Positions 1 through 10,190 of a stretch of 64,000 nucleotides of DNA are shown here, piece by piece. Position 1 is the first letter of the stretch. The number at the start of each line of letters is the position of its first letter. This DNA comes from Flavobacteriales bacterium (GTDB lineage Bacteria > Bacteroidota > Bacteroidia > Flavobacteriales_F > PHOS-HE28): contig JAWKNG010000003.1 in the NCBI GenBank assembly GCA_041391845.1, positions 85,829 to 149,828 on the forward strand, in the 5' to 3' direction. Under the pieces are notes generated by a model that made no database searches, was not told the DNA's origin, and worked only from the letters and a program-made list of their open reading frames with translations. Made by a program: the position numbers and the translations under genes.

Positions 1-1
1 A

Positions 2-502
2 CCCGCCACGCCCAATGCCAACGCACAGCTCATCCTCTACGATGGGAAGTACTTCGCCATCACGGGAACCAACACCGGTGTACTGCGCTCCACCAACAAT
101 GGCCAGAGCTGGCAGGCGTTCAACACCGGCCTGAGCGGGTTCGACGCCACCAACCAGGAAGAGTTCCATGCCTCCGGCACCAAGCTCTACCTGGGCGCCC
201 TGTTCGACATGTACAGTATCGACGGCACCACACTTGGCATCACGGATGGAGCGGTGGCGGCCGGTGGTCGCGCCTACCCGACCGCCTTCCAGGGTGGGTT
301 CACGGTTGAACTGCCCGCCGATCTCACCAACGGACGACTGGTCCTGTTGGATGCCTCGGGTCGCATCGTGCTTGACCAGCGCGTAACGGGCGGCAGCCAG
401 TGGGTGGCGCGTGCAAGCCTCGCGGCCGGCGCCTACCGCGCTGAAGTGCGTGACGACCGCGGAGCATCGCTGGTCGACCTGGGTACGCTCATCGCCGAAT
501 GA
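2..502 (+). CDS. 3' end of a secreted BNR/Asp-box-like repeat protein with a type-A T9SS C-terminal sorting domain (5' end outside the window)
   Basis: Frame 2 is open from the window edge. The translation contains STNNGQSW (Asp-box-like S-x-D/N-x-G-x-x-W). It ends with a roughly 75-aa tail, AYPTAFQGGFTVELPADL...GAYRAEVRDDRGASLVDLGTLIAE, like Por_Secre_tail CTDs. The stop overlaps the pfkA start (ATGA). Confidence 0.6.
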   Translation, partial: PATPNANAQLILYDGKYFAITGTNTGVLRSTNNGQSWQAFNTGLSGFDATNQEEFHASGTKLYLGALFDMYSIDGTTLGITDGAVAAGGRAYPTAFQGGFTVELPADLTNGRLVLLDASGRIVLDQRVTGGSQWVARASLAAGAYRAEVRDDRGASLVDLGTLIAE

Positions 503-1482
503 GCGGCGCGGCCATCCGGCGCATCGGGGTGTTCACCTCCGGCGGTGACGGGCCGGGGATGAACGCCGCCATTCGTGCCGTGGTGAGGTGCGCCACTGCG
601 CAGGGACTGGAGTGCCTCGGTGTGCTTGGCGGCTATGACGGATTGGTGAACGACCGCATACGGCCACTGGGCACCCGTGATGTGAGCAACATCATCCAAC
701 GCGGCGGCACCATCCTGCGCTCGGCACGCAGCGAGGCGTTCCGTTCGGTGGAAGGGCGCGCGCAGGCAGCCGCCACCCTGCATCGCCATGGCATCGATGC
801 ATTGGTGGCCATCGGTGGTGACGGCACGTTCACAGGGGCACATATCCTCCAACAGGAGCATGGCACACGAGTGATCGGCCTGCCGGGGACCATCGACAAC
901 GACCTGTACGGAACGGATGTGACGATAGGCTACGACACAGCCCTGAACACGGCAGTGGAGGCGATCGACCGCATCCGCGACACAGCCTCCTCACATGACC
1001 GCCTGTTCTTCGTGGAGGTGATGGGACGCAACTCGGGCCATATCGCTCTGATGTGCGCGGTGGCCGCCGGTGCGGAATATGTGCTCGTTCCCGAGGAGCG
1101 CCAATCCATCGACGGCCTGATGGACGCGCTCACGAGCGCCTCCTCTACGAAGTCCTCGCAGATCGTGATCGTAGCCGAGGGTGATGAGGAGGGCGGTGCG
1201 TTCGAGATCGCACGCAAAGTGAAGGCCCGCACCGATGCCTATGACATCCGCGTCTCCGTGCTTGGACATCTACAGCGTGGCGGAGCCCCCTCGGTGAACG
1301 ACCGCATCCTGGCCAGTCGCACGGGGGTGGCCGCAGTGGAGCAACTGTTGCAGGGCGTCCACGATGCCATGGTGGGTGTGGTGAACGGGGCCATCACCAC
1401 GACACCGTTCGCCGAGGCCATCGGGCGGCAGAAGTCGCTGCAGCGCGAACTGCTCCATGTGCTGAAGGTGGTGGCGAGCTGA
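499..1482 (+). CDS. pfkA: ATP-dependent 6-phosphofructokinase
   Basis: 327 aa. Motifs IGVFTSGGDGPGMNAAIRAVVR, IGGDGTF, GLPGTIDNDL and MGRNSGHIAL are classic PfkA family signatures. Confidence 0.95.
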   Translation: MSGAAIRRIGVFTSGGDGPGMNAAIRAVVRCATAQGLECLGVLGGYDGLVNDRIRPLGTRDVSNIIQRGGTILRSARSEAFRSVEGRAQAAATLHRHGIDALVAIGGDGTFTGAHILQQEHGTRVIGLPGTIDNDLYGTDVTIGYDTALNTAVEAIDRIRDTASSHDRLFFVEVMGRNSGHIALMCAVAAGAEYVLVPEERQSIDGLMDALTSASSTKSSQIVIVAEGDEEGGAFEIARKVKARTDAYDIRVSVLGHLQRGGAPSVNDRILASRTGVAAVEQLLQGVHDAMVGVVNGAITTTPFAEAIGRQKSLQRELLHVLKVVAS

Positions 1483-1547
1483 CCACGGTCCAGGCCACCT
1501 TTGACGTCAACGTGCCGTCACCTATCTTGGTACTTCGGAGCGCCTCC

Positions 1548-4500
1548 ATGTCCATGTCCGCCGCACCCCAACGCCTGCTGCTGGCCCTCTGTGCCGGATT
1601 GGGTATCGCACTGGGTTGCACAGCGCAGCCCTGCGCGACCGGCTTTTTGCTCACCACCTCCCCCCTACCACAGAACGGCACGTACAGCTGCGGCCAGTCC
1701 GTCACCTTCTGCCTCACAGTGACCGGCTGGAACTCCACCAATGCGAACTGGTTCCACGGCGTGAGCGCCTCCTTTGGCCCGGGATGGGACCTCGGCACCC
1801 TGACACCCGGTACACCGCCCGCCACCTGTGGTGGATCAGGTGGGACCTGGGGCTGGTACAACACGGTCCAAGGCACAGCGGGCACCAACATCGGACCACA
1901 GGGGCCGGGCTTCTTCTTCGACCTGAACAACGACGGCAACCCCGGGAATAATTTCGGTGATTTCTGTGTGGGTGCCACGGACTGGGAATTCTGCTGGACC
2001 ATTTCTGTGCTGAGCCCTCCCGCATGTGTCAATGGGCTCGACCTGGGAGTGAGCTTCAATACGTTCGGGGACAGTGAGACCGGCTCGTGGGGTTCCGGTG
2101 CCTGTGGGAACGACCCCATCGTACCCTCGCCACCGGCCGTGGTGGAAGCCTGCGCCGCAAATGCTGGCACGGGGGGAGCGGTGAGCTACTGCGGTGATGG
2201 AACACCGGTCGATCTTTTCACGCTGCTGGGAGGTACACCCGATGCCGGTGGCAGTTGGACCGGTCCGGGGGGCATTCCACACGGAGCCTCGTTCGACCCC
2301 GCCAGCGATACCCCCGGTACCTATACGTACACGGTCGGAACGATCAACCCACCCTGTTCGGCGCAGACAACGGTCCAGATCACCGTGGTGGCTCCGCCAT
2401 CGGCTGGAGCGGACGCTGTTCTTGACCTCTGCACCTCCTCCCCTCAGACAGCGCTCCTGGGCCTGCTCAATGGTGCCGACCCAGGCGGTGTCTGGACCGG
2501 CCCGACAGGCGCCCCGTTCAATGGCGTGTTCGACCCGGCTACCAATGCGGCAGGTGTCCATTCCTACGTGGTGAACGGGACCGCGCCTTGCGCGAGTGCG
2601 AGCGCCGAGGTGATCGTGAACGTCACCCCGGCAGCAGCGGCGGGTGACGATGCCTCTGTGACCCTGTGCAATACATCCGCACCGATCGATCTCTTCGACC
2701 TGCTTGGCGGTACACCGGATGCCAGCGGAGGATGGACGGACCCTGCTGGCGCAGCATCCACCGGTATCATCGACCCTTCCAATGCCGCTTCCGGCACGTA
2801 CACCTACACCATCCCGGCCGTTGCCCCATGTCCGGCAGATATGGCGGTGGTGGATGTGACACTGATCCAACAGCCCAGTGCAGGCGAAAACAACAACGTC
2901 ACCTTCTGTCGTACTGCCGGCAACCAGCCCTTGCTACCCTTGCTTGGAGGCACACCCACCCCCGGTGGCTCATGGACCTCCCCGAGCGGTGCGGCCTTCG
3001 GGGCTTCCATCAATACCGCTGTGGGTGCCGCCGGCACCTATATCTACACAGTGAGCCCGGCAGCTCCCTGCGCCACGGAACAATCGGAATTGACGATCAC
3101 CCTCATCGACCAACCCGACGCCGGACCCGATGGTACGCTGCTGCTCTGCGCGGTCGGTGCGCCGACCCCGCTGGCGGAGGGATTGGCAGCGACAGCCGAT
3201 GGCGGAGGTAGTTGGAGCGCACCGGACGGCAGCGCCACGAACGATCTGTTCGACCCAGCGAGCGGGACTCCTGGCATCTACACATACACCCTCACCGCGC
3301 CAGCGCCCTGCGTGACCAGTAGCGCCGCCGTCGAGGTCACGGTCGTAGCCCAGCCTGATGCCGGGACCGATGGTACGGTCACCCTGTGCAGTGATGCAAC
3401 GGCCCAACCGCTGTTACCGATCCTGGGCCCGGACGCGCAGGCCGGCGGCACATGGACAGCTCCGGGAGGCGTTGTCTTCAATGGAACGTTGGATCCAGGT
3501 AATGACGCTTCAGGTGAGTACACCTACCTCATCACTGCCCCTGCACCCTGCAGCTCATCGAGCGCGGTCGTCACAGTGACACTCGTGGATGCACCCGACG
3601 CGGGCACCGACGCTGCCCTCACGGCATGTGCGGCAGGAGACGCGATCGACCTGTTCGCGGCCTTGGGAGGATCGCCGGACCTTGGCGGCACCTGGACCAC
3701 TACGTCCGGTGTGGGAGTTGCCTCCCCCCTTGATGCTGCCAGCGCCACGAGCGGCGGTTACATCTACACGGTGGCCGGTGACCCTCCTTGCGCGGCGGCC
3801 AGTTCCACGGTATCGCTCACTGTGGTGGACGTTCCTGACTCAGGGAGTGATGCGGTCTTTTCCGCCTGCAATGATGGCACCACCACCTGGCCGCTGATCG
3901 ACCTTCTCGGTGGAGCCCCACAGAGCGGAGGCAGTTGGACCGCACCGGACGGCAGCGCCCATGGCCCCACGCTGGATCCGGCCATTGACGAGGCCGGCAC
4001 CTACACTTACACCATCACGGGCCCAGCTCCCTGCCCCTCCTCAAGCAGCAATGTGGAGGTCGTCATTGCCCAGCCCGTACCGACCGGATCGATGGCCGAT
4101 GTGGCGCTCTGCAGCAACGATGGCCCGCAGTCCTTGATCGAACTGCTGGACGCAGCGCTACCTGCTGGGGGTGTTTGGACCCACTCAGGCGGCGTGGTCG
4201 CAGGTACGGTCTTCGACCCGGCAAACATGCCGGATGGAACGTACACCTACACCTTGCAGGCAACGGCACCCTGCCCGGGCGGCATCCATCAGCTCGGCAT
4301 CACCACCGTGCCCGCTCCCGATGCCGGTGATGATGCGGTGATCACAGCATGCAGCAGCGGAGCCTTGGTCGACCTGTTCGATGCATTGGGCAATGCTGCT
4401 GACGCAGGCGGCAACTGGATCGCACCGAACGGAGCGGCCACCACCGGGCTGCAAGACCCTGCTTCCGCAGCCAGCGGCACATACACCTACGTAATGGCGC

Positions 4501-5825
4501 CCGCAGGGCCCTGTGTGGGAGATACCAGTACCGTGGAGCTTGCCGTGACCCTGGCACCATCGAGCGGGACAGGTGGTAGTATCGCATTGTGCCGGTCCGA
4601 TGGTGCACAGGACCCCCTCGCCTGGCTGAGCGGCCTGCCCGACCCCAATGGCGTGTGGACCGATCCCAATGGTACGACGATCACTGTCGCAGATGCCGCC
4701 TCGATGCTGGCCGGCACCTATACGTACACGGTGGCCGGTGATGCGCCGTGCCCCAATGTGAGTACCACGGTACAGGTGACCGTGCAGGAACTTCCGGAGG
4801 CGGGTGATGACCTGGTGCTCAACACCTGTCTGGGCAACGCCACGATCGATCTGAGCGCGCTGACACCTCCGGGGGCGGATGCGGGGGGAAGCTGGTCCAC
4901 AGCGGATGGCTCCCCTGTGGACGCCTTGCTCACGGAAGCCATTGGGGTCAGTACGATCGTGCATGTGGTGCAGGGCATCGGACCGTGTGCGAACGAGGTC
5001 GACAGTGCGCTGCTGCAACTGACCGTGAACCCGCTTCCGGTGGTCGCCTTCACGGTGGCTGATGCGCGCGGCTGTGCGCCCCTCGAGGTACAGTTCGCTG
5101 CCACCGTGGACGCTTCTGTGACCGGCTTCGACTGGGACTTCGGCAATGGAGGATCCTCAGACCTTGGTCCTGCCACGACGTATACCTATGTGCAGGACGG
5201 TCTTTTCCCGGTGAGCCTTACGGTCACCGATACGAACGGATGTGCAGCCAGTTCCTTCCTGGCGAACGCCGTTGTTGTTTCCACCGGTGCCGAAGCGGTC
5301 TTTTTCACCTGGCCTGCGCGGGTGAGCGTGGAGGATCCAAGCTTTACGGTGGAACACGTCCCGGTGAACGGGGTATCCTACCAATGGGCCTTCGGGGCGG
5401 ATAGTCTCACCGCATCCGGCTCGTTCCGCTGGACCGTGGAGGACGCCGTCATCGGTGCGTATCCCATCTGCCTTGTCGCAACTGATAGTCTTGGATGCGC
5501 AGCGGTGAGTTGTGCGAACGTGTTCATCGATGATGCGCTCACCGTCTTTGTCCCGAACGCCTTCACCCCTGACGGCGACGATCTGAACGAGACCTTCCTG
5601 CCGTCCATCCTGGGCCTCGATCCCGACAGCTACCAGCTGATCATCGCTGATCGCTGGGGACGCGAGGTGTTCAGCAGTACCGACCACACGGAGGCGTGGA
5701 CCGGAGCAGCGCGCAACAGTGGCGAGCTGCTGCCGCAGGGGGTATACGTCTGGCGCCTGCTGGTGCGCGACAACTTTGGCGCGGAGGGAAAGGAGTACAT
5801 CGGCACGGTGACCTTGTTGAAATGA
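1548..5825 (+). CDS. Giant T9SS cargo with type-B (gliding motility-associated, CHU_C) C-terminal domain, 12 Ig-like repeats and PKD domains
   Basis: Signal-peptide-like MSMSAAPQRLLLALCAGLGIALGCTAQ. The track ORF starts at GTG 1512; ATG 1548 is preferred. A Cys-rich N-terminal region of about 200 aa comes first, then 12 repeats of about 80 aa. PKD-like WDFGNGGSS follows. The C-terminus FVPNAFTPDGDDLNETF...GVYVWRLLVRD...GTVTLLK matches the type-B CTD pattern. Confidence 0.85.
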   Translation: MSMSAAPQRLLLALCAGLGIALGCTAQPCATGFLLTTSPLPQNGTYSCGQSVTFCLTVTGWNSTNANWFHGVSASFGPGWDLGTLTPGTPPATCGGSGGTWGWYNTVQGTAGTNIGPQGPGFFFDLNNDGNPGNNFGDFCVGATDWEFCWTISVLSPPACVNGLDLGVSFNTFGDSETGSWGSGACGNDPIVPSPPAVVEACAANAGTGGAVSYCGDGTPVDLFTLLGGTPDAGGSWTGPGGIPHGASFDPASDTPGTYTYTVGTINPPCSAQTTVQITVVAPPSAGADAVLDLCTSSPQTALLGLLNGADPGGVWTGPTGAPFNGVFDPATNAAGVHSYVVNGTAPCASASAEVIVNVTPAAAAGDDASVTLCNTSAPIDLFDLLGGTPDASGGWTDPAGAASTGIIDPSNAASGTYTYTIPAVAPCPADMAVVDVTLIQQPSAGENNNVTFCRTAGNQPLLPLLGGTPTPGGSWTSPSGAAFGASINTAVGAAGTYIYTVSPAAPCATEQSELTITLIDQPDAGPDGTLLLCAVGAPTPLAEGLAATADGGGSWSAPDGSATNDLFDPASGTPGIYTYTLTAPAPCVTSSAAVEVTVVAQPDAGTDGTVTLCSDATAQPLLPILGPDAQAGGTWTAPGGVVFNGTLDPGNDASGEYTYLITAPAPCSSSSAVVTVTLVDAPDAGTDAALTACAAGDAIDLFAALGGSPDLGGTWTTTSGVGVASPLDAASATSGGYIYTVAGDPPCAAASSTVSLTVVDVPDSGSDAVFSACNDGTTTWPLIDLLGGAPQSGGSWTAPDGSAHGPTLDPAIDEAGTYTYTITGPAPCPSSSSNVEVVIAQPVPTGSMADVALCSNDGPQSLIELLDAALPAGGVWTHSGGVVAGTVFDPANMPDGTYTYTLQATAPCPGGIHQLGITTVPAPDAGDDAVITACSSGALVDLFDALGNAADAGGNWIAPNGAATTGLQDPASAASGTYTYVMAPAGPCVGDTSTVELAVTLAPSSGTGGSIALCRSDGAQDPLAWLSGLPDPNGVWTDPNGTTITVADAASMLAGTYTYTVAGDAPCPNVSTTVQVTVQELPEAGDDLVLNTCLGNATIDLSALTPPGADAGGSWSTADGSPVDALLTEAIGVSTIVHVVQGIGPCANEVDSALLQLTVNPLPVVAFTVADARGCAPLEVQFAATVDASVTGFDWDFGNGGSSDLGPATTYTYVQDGLFPVSLTVTDTNGCAASSFLANAVVVSTGAEAVFFTWPARVSVEDPSFTVEHVPVNGVSYQWAFGADSLTASGSFRWTVEDAVIGAYPICLVATDSLGCAAVSCANVFIDDALTVFVPNAFTPDGDDLNETFLPSILGLDPDSYQLIIADRWGREVFSSTDHTEAWTGAARNSGELLPQGVYVWRLLVRDNFGAEGKEYIGTVTLLK
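2160..5030 (+). repeat. 12 in-frame tandem repeats of about 80 aa (Ig-like, possibly the CHU_C-associated Ig domain) inside the 1548..5825 CDS
   Basis: Recurring pattern (D/S)AG.D....LC......L...LGG.PD.GG.W..P.G......FDP.....G.YTYT......C....... Twelve units by hand count (ANAGTGGAVSYC, SAGADAVLDLC, AAGDDASVTLC ... EAGDDLVLNTC). The units are diverged at the DNA level. Confidence 0.8.
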
Positions 5826-5826
5826 A

Positions 5827-5853
5827 AAGGGCCCCGATCGCTCGGGACCCCTT
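5827..5853. terminator. Hairpin between convergent genes (possible bidirectional terminator)
   Basis: AAGGGCCCCGATCGCTCGGGACCCCTT. AAGGG pairs with CCCTT and CCC with GGG around a small internal loop. It sits between the stop at 5825 (+) and the stop at 5871 (-). There is no clear U-tract. Confidence 0.35.
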
Positions 5854-5870
5854 CGTCCAACATCCGCTCA

Positions 5871-7451
5871 TCACTGCTTGATGAGCCTGGTGCGCGCGAG
5901 CGGTCTGCCAACCGCATCGCGGGCCACCACGGTATAGACGCCTGGTGCCAGGTCGTCCACTTCGATCACCGCGAGCTTGGTCATGCTGCGAACCAGCTGA
6001 CCTTGCGCGGTGTAGATCTCCATTCGTTCCACAGGTAGCTGACCCCAACGTACCTGCACCGTGCCGCGGGCGGGATTGGGGTACAGCGTAAAGTCGCCGG
6101 CCTGCTGAGCCTCGTCGATGCCCACACCCGACTCGCAGGCATCACCGATCCCATTGCCATTGAGGTCCTCCTGGTCCGTGTTGGCCATCCATACACAGTT
6201 GTCACAGGCGTCTCCAATTCCATCACCGTCGTAGTCGGCCTGGTCCGGATTGAAGACGGTCGAGCAATTGTCCTCACAAGCGACCAGCCCATCCTCGTCA
6301 GTGTCGGCATCCGGATCGATGCCCGTATTGCCACCGGCACAGATGCCGCAGTCATCGAGCACTGCCGTCCCTCCGGGTACGCCTGCACAATCGAGCGGGA
6401 GGCCTGCACAGGTGCAGTTCGTGGACCACACATCGTTACCTGTGGTCGGGTCACCGTCATCGCATGTCGTACCCGGGACCGCATAGCCACCGACCTCACC
6501 GGCACAATCGACCAGGTAGAGGTATCCGAAGCAGTTGCAGTTCGCATCCCATGCATCGTTCACGGTCATGGGGTCGCCGTCGTTGCAGGGCGTACCAGGC
6601 AGTGCCGATCCGTTCGCCACACCTTCGCAGTCGAAGGTCACGGGCGTACCAGCGCAGGTGCAGTTCGCGCTCCACACATCGTTGATCGTGTTCGCGTTGC
6701 CATCGTTGCAGGCGGTGCCGGGCAGTGCCGTACCACCCGCCACACCCAGACAGTCGATCACCTGACCCACGCACTGGCAATTCGCGTTCCACGTATCGTT
6801 GCCCGTGCTGGCGTTGCCGTCGTTGCAAGGAGTGCCAGGCAGTGCCGTACCACCGCCACACCCAGGCAGTCGATAACCGACCCACACCCAGTTCGCGTTC
6901 CACGTATCGTTGCCGGTGGAGGCGTCGCCATCGTTGCAGGGGGCCGGCAGTGCCGAGCCGTTCGCCACACCTTCGCAGTCGAAGGTCACAGGCGTACCAG
7001 CGCAGGTGCAGTTGCGCTCCATACATCGTTGATCGTGTTCGAGTTGATCGTTGCAGGGCGTACCGGGCAATGCCGATCCGTTCGCCACACCTCGCAGTCG
7101 AAGGTCACAGGCGTACCAGCGCAGGTGCAGTTGCGCTCCACACATCGTTGATCGTGTTCGAGTTGCCATCGTTGCAGGGCGTGCCGGGCAGTGCCGAGCC
7201 GTTCGCCACACCTTCGCAGTCGAAGGTCCGGGCGTTCCGGCGCAGCTGCAGTTCGCGCTCCACACATCGTTGATCGTGTTCGCATTACCGTCGTTGCAGG
7301 GCGTACCGGGCAATGCCGAGCCGTTAGCCACACCTCGCAGTCGAAGGTCACGGGCGTACCAACGCAGTGCAGTTCGCGCTCCACACGTTGATCGTGTTCG
7401 CATTACCGTCGTTGCAGGATGTACCGGGCAGTGCCGTACCACCCGCCACAC
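5871..7451 (-). CDS. C-terminal fragment of the giant cargo gene (Cys-rich modules, TSP3 repeats, type-A T9SS CTD)
   Basis: 526-aa ORF. The first 170 or so codons flip in and out of the repeat frame. From about 6830 downward it reads cleanly: DCAGVPGGTAVLDDCGICAGG, DTDEDGLVACEDNC..NPDQADYDGDGIGDACDNC (TSP3), then the Por_Secre_tail. Confidence 0.6.
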   Translation of the reverse strand: MWRVVRHCPVHPATTVMRTRSTCGARTALRWYARDLRLRGVANGSALPGTPCNDGNANTINDVWSANCSCAGTPGPSTAKVWRTARHCPARPATMATRTRSTMCGAQLHLRWYACDLRLRGVANGSALPGTPCNDQLEHDQRCMERNCTCAGTPVTFDCEGVANGSALPAPCNDGDASTGNDTWNANWVWVGYRLPGCGGGTALPGTPCNDGNASTGNDTWNANCQCVGQVIDCLGVAGGTALPGTACNDGNANTINDVWSANCTCAGTPVTFDCEGVANGSALPGTPCNDGDPMTVNDAWDANCNCFGYLYLVDCAGEVGGYAVPGTTCDDGDPTTGNDVWSTNCTCAGLPLDCAGVPGGTAVLDDCGICAGGNTGIDPDADTDEDGLVACEDNCSTVFNPDQADYDGDGIGDACDNCVWMANTDQEDLNGNGIGDACESGVGIDEAQQAGDFTLYPNPARGTVQVRWGQLPVERMEIYTAQGQLVRSMTKLAVIEVDDLAPGVYTVVARDAVGRPLARTRLIKQ

Positions 7452-10190
7452 CCAGACAGTCGATCACTTGACCCACGCACTGGCAGTTCGCGTTCCACGT
7501 ATCGTTGCCGGTGCTGGCGTTGCCATCGTTGCAAGGAGTGCCAGGCAGTGCCGAGCCGTTCGCCACACCTTCGCAATCGAAGGTCACGGGCGTACCAACG
7601 CAGCTGCAGTTCGCGCTCCACACATCGTTGATCGTGTTCGCATTACCGTCGTTGCAGGAGTGCCGGGCAGTGCCGTACCACCCGCCACACCCAGACAGTC
7701 GATCACTTGACCCACGCACTGGCAGTTCGCGTTCCACGTGTCGTTTCCGGTGCTGGCGTTGCCATCGTTGCAAGGAGTGCCGGGTAGTGCCGAGCCGTTC
7801 ACCACACCTTCGCAGTCGAAGGTCACAGGCGTACCAGCGCAGCTGCAGTTCGCGCTCCACACATCGTTGATCGTGTTCGCATTACCGTCGTTGCAGGATG
7901 TACCGGGCAGTGCCGTACCACCCGCCACACCCAGACAGTCGATCACCTGACCCACGCACTGGCAGTTCGCGTTCCACGTATCGTTGCCGGTGCTGGCGTT
8001 GCCATCGTTGCAAGGAGTGCCAGGCAGTGCCGCACCGTTCGCCACACCTTCGCAGTCGAAGGTCACAGGCGTACCGGCGCAGGTGCAGTTCGCACTCCAC
8101 ACATCGTCGATCGTGTTCGCATTACCGTCGTTGCAGGATGTACGCAGTGCCGTACCACCCGCCACACCCAGACAGTCGACACCTGACCCACGCACTGCAC
8201 GCGTTCCACGTATCGTTGTGTGGCGTTGCCATCGTTGCAGGCGTGCCGGGCAGTGCCGTACCACCCGCCACACCCAGACAGTCGATCACCTGACCCACGC
8301 ACTGGCAGTTCGCGTTCCACGTATCGTTGCCGGTGGAGGCGTCGCCATCGTTGCAGGGAGTGCCGGCAGTGCCGAGCCGCGCCACACCTTCGCAGTCGAA
8401 GGTCACAGGCGTACCAGCGCAGTGCATTGCGTCCACATCGTGCGTGGGTTGCCATGTTGCAGGGCGTCCGGGCATGCCGACCCGCCACACCTTCATAGGT
8501 CACCGTACCACGCAGGTGCAGTGCGCTCCACATCGTTGATCGTGTTGGAGTGCATCGTTGCAGGGCGTGCCGGGCAGTGCCGAGCGTTCGCCACACCTTC
8601 GCAGCGTCACGGCGTTCCGCGCAGTGCAGTTGCCTCCACATCGTGATCGTTTCGCATTAGTCGTTGCAGGGCGTACCGGGCATGCGACGGCCACACCTTC
8701 GCAGTCGAAGGTCACGGCGTACCACGCAGGCAGTTGCGCCCACACATCGTATGTGTTCGCGTTGCCATCGTTGAGGGCGTACCCACCCCAGACAGTCGAT
8801 CACCTGACCCACGCACTGGCAGTTCGCGTTCCACGTATCGTTGCCGGTGGAGGAGTTGCCGTCGTTGCAAGGAGTGCCAGGCAGTGCCGCACCGTTCGCC
8901 ACACCTTCGCAGTCGAAGGTCACAGGCGTACCGGCGCAGGTGCAGTTCGCACTCCACACATCGTTGATCGTGTTCGCATTACCGTCGTTGCAGGATGTAC
9001 CGGGCAGTGCCGTACCACCCGCCACACCCAGACAGTCGATCACCTGACCCACGCACTGACAATTCGCGTTCCACGTATCGTTGCCCGTGCTGGCGTTGCC
9101 ATCGTTGCAGGGCGTGCCGGGCAGTGCCGTACCACCCGCCACACCCAGACAGTCGATCACCTGACCCACGCACTGGCAGTTCGCGTTCCACGTATCGTTG
9201 CCGGTGGAGGCGTCGCCATCGTTGCAGGGCGTGCCGGGCAGTGCCGAGCCGTTCGCCACACCTTCGCAGTCGAAGGTCACAGGCGTACCAGCGCAGGTGC
9301 AGCTTGCGCTCCACACATCGTTGATCGTGTTCGAGTTGCCATCGTTGCAGGGCGTACCGGGCAATGCCGATCCGTTCGCCACACCTTCGCAGTCGAAGGT
9401 CACAGGCGTACCAGCGCAGGTGCAGTTTGCGCTCCACACATCGTTGATCGTGTTCGAGTTGCCATCGTTGCAGGGCGTGCCGGGCAGTGCCGAGCCGTTC
9501 GCCACACCTTCGCAGTCGAAGGTCCCGGGCGTTCCGGCGCAGCTGCAGTTCGCGCTCCACACATCGTTGATCGTGTTCGCATTACCGTCGTTGCAGGGCG
9601 TACCGGGCAATGCCGAGCCGTTAGCCACACCTTCGCAGTCGAAGGTCACGGGCGTACCAACGCAGCTGCAGTTCGCGCTCCACACATCGTTGATCGTGTT
9701 CGCGTTGCCATCGTTGCAGGCGGTGCCGGGCAGTGCCGTACCACCCGCCACACCCAGACAGTCGATCACCTGACCCACGCACTGGCAGTTCGCGTTCCAC
9801 GTGTCGTTGCCGGTGGAGGAGTTGCCGTCGTTGCAAGGAGTGCCAGGCAGTGCCGATCCATTCGCCACACCTTCGCAGTCGAAGGTCACGGGCGTTCCGG
9901 CGCAGGTGCAGTTCGCGCTCCACACATCGTTGATCGTGTTCGCATTACCGTCGTTGCAGGATGTACCGGGCAGTGCCGTACCACCCGCCACACCCAGACA
10001 GTCGATCACTTGACCCACGCACTGGCAGTTCGCGTTCCACGTATCGTTGCCCGTGCTGGCATTACCGTCGTTGCAGGGCGTGCCGGGCAGCGCCGTTCCG
10101 TTCGCCACGCCTTCGCAGTCGAAGGTCACGGGCGTTCCGGCGCAGCTGCAATTCGCCAAAAGAACATCGTTGATGGTATTGGCATTCCCA
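6590..10190 (-). repeat. Coding tandem array of near-identical 117-nt and 123-nt units (about 30 units by length)
   Basis: Direct measurement: CCGGGCAGTGCCGT recurs at 9000 and 9117 (117 nt). GTTCGCCACACCTTCGCAGTCGAAGGTCAC recurs at 9251 and 9374 (123 nt). Two unit types alternate or recombine (..CQCVGQVI|DCLGVAGG.. and ..CAGTPVTF|DCEGVANG..). Confidence 0.9.
7584..8273 (-). CDS. Internal fragment of the giant cargo gene (Cys-rich modules)
   Basis: 229-aa ORF. The central part reads as the same 39/41-aa modules. The N- and C-terminal parts are frame-shifted versions of the same repeat. Confidence 0.5.
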   Translation of the reverse strand: MWRVVRHCPARLQRWQRHTTIRGTRAVRGSGVDCLGVAGGTALRTSCNDGNANTIDDVWSANCTCAGTPVTFDCEGVANGAALPGTPCNDGNASTGNDTWNANCQCVGQVIDCLGVAGGTALPGTSCNDGNANTINDVWSANCSCAGTPVTFDCEGVVNGSALPGTPCNDGNASTGNDTWNANCQCVGQVIDCLGVAGGTALPGTPATTVMRTRSTMCGARTAAALVRP

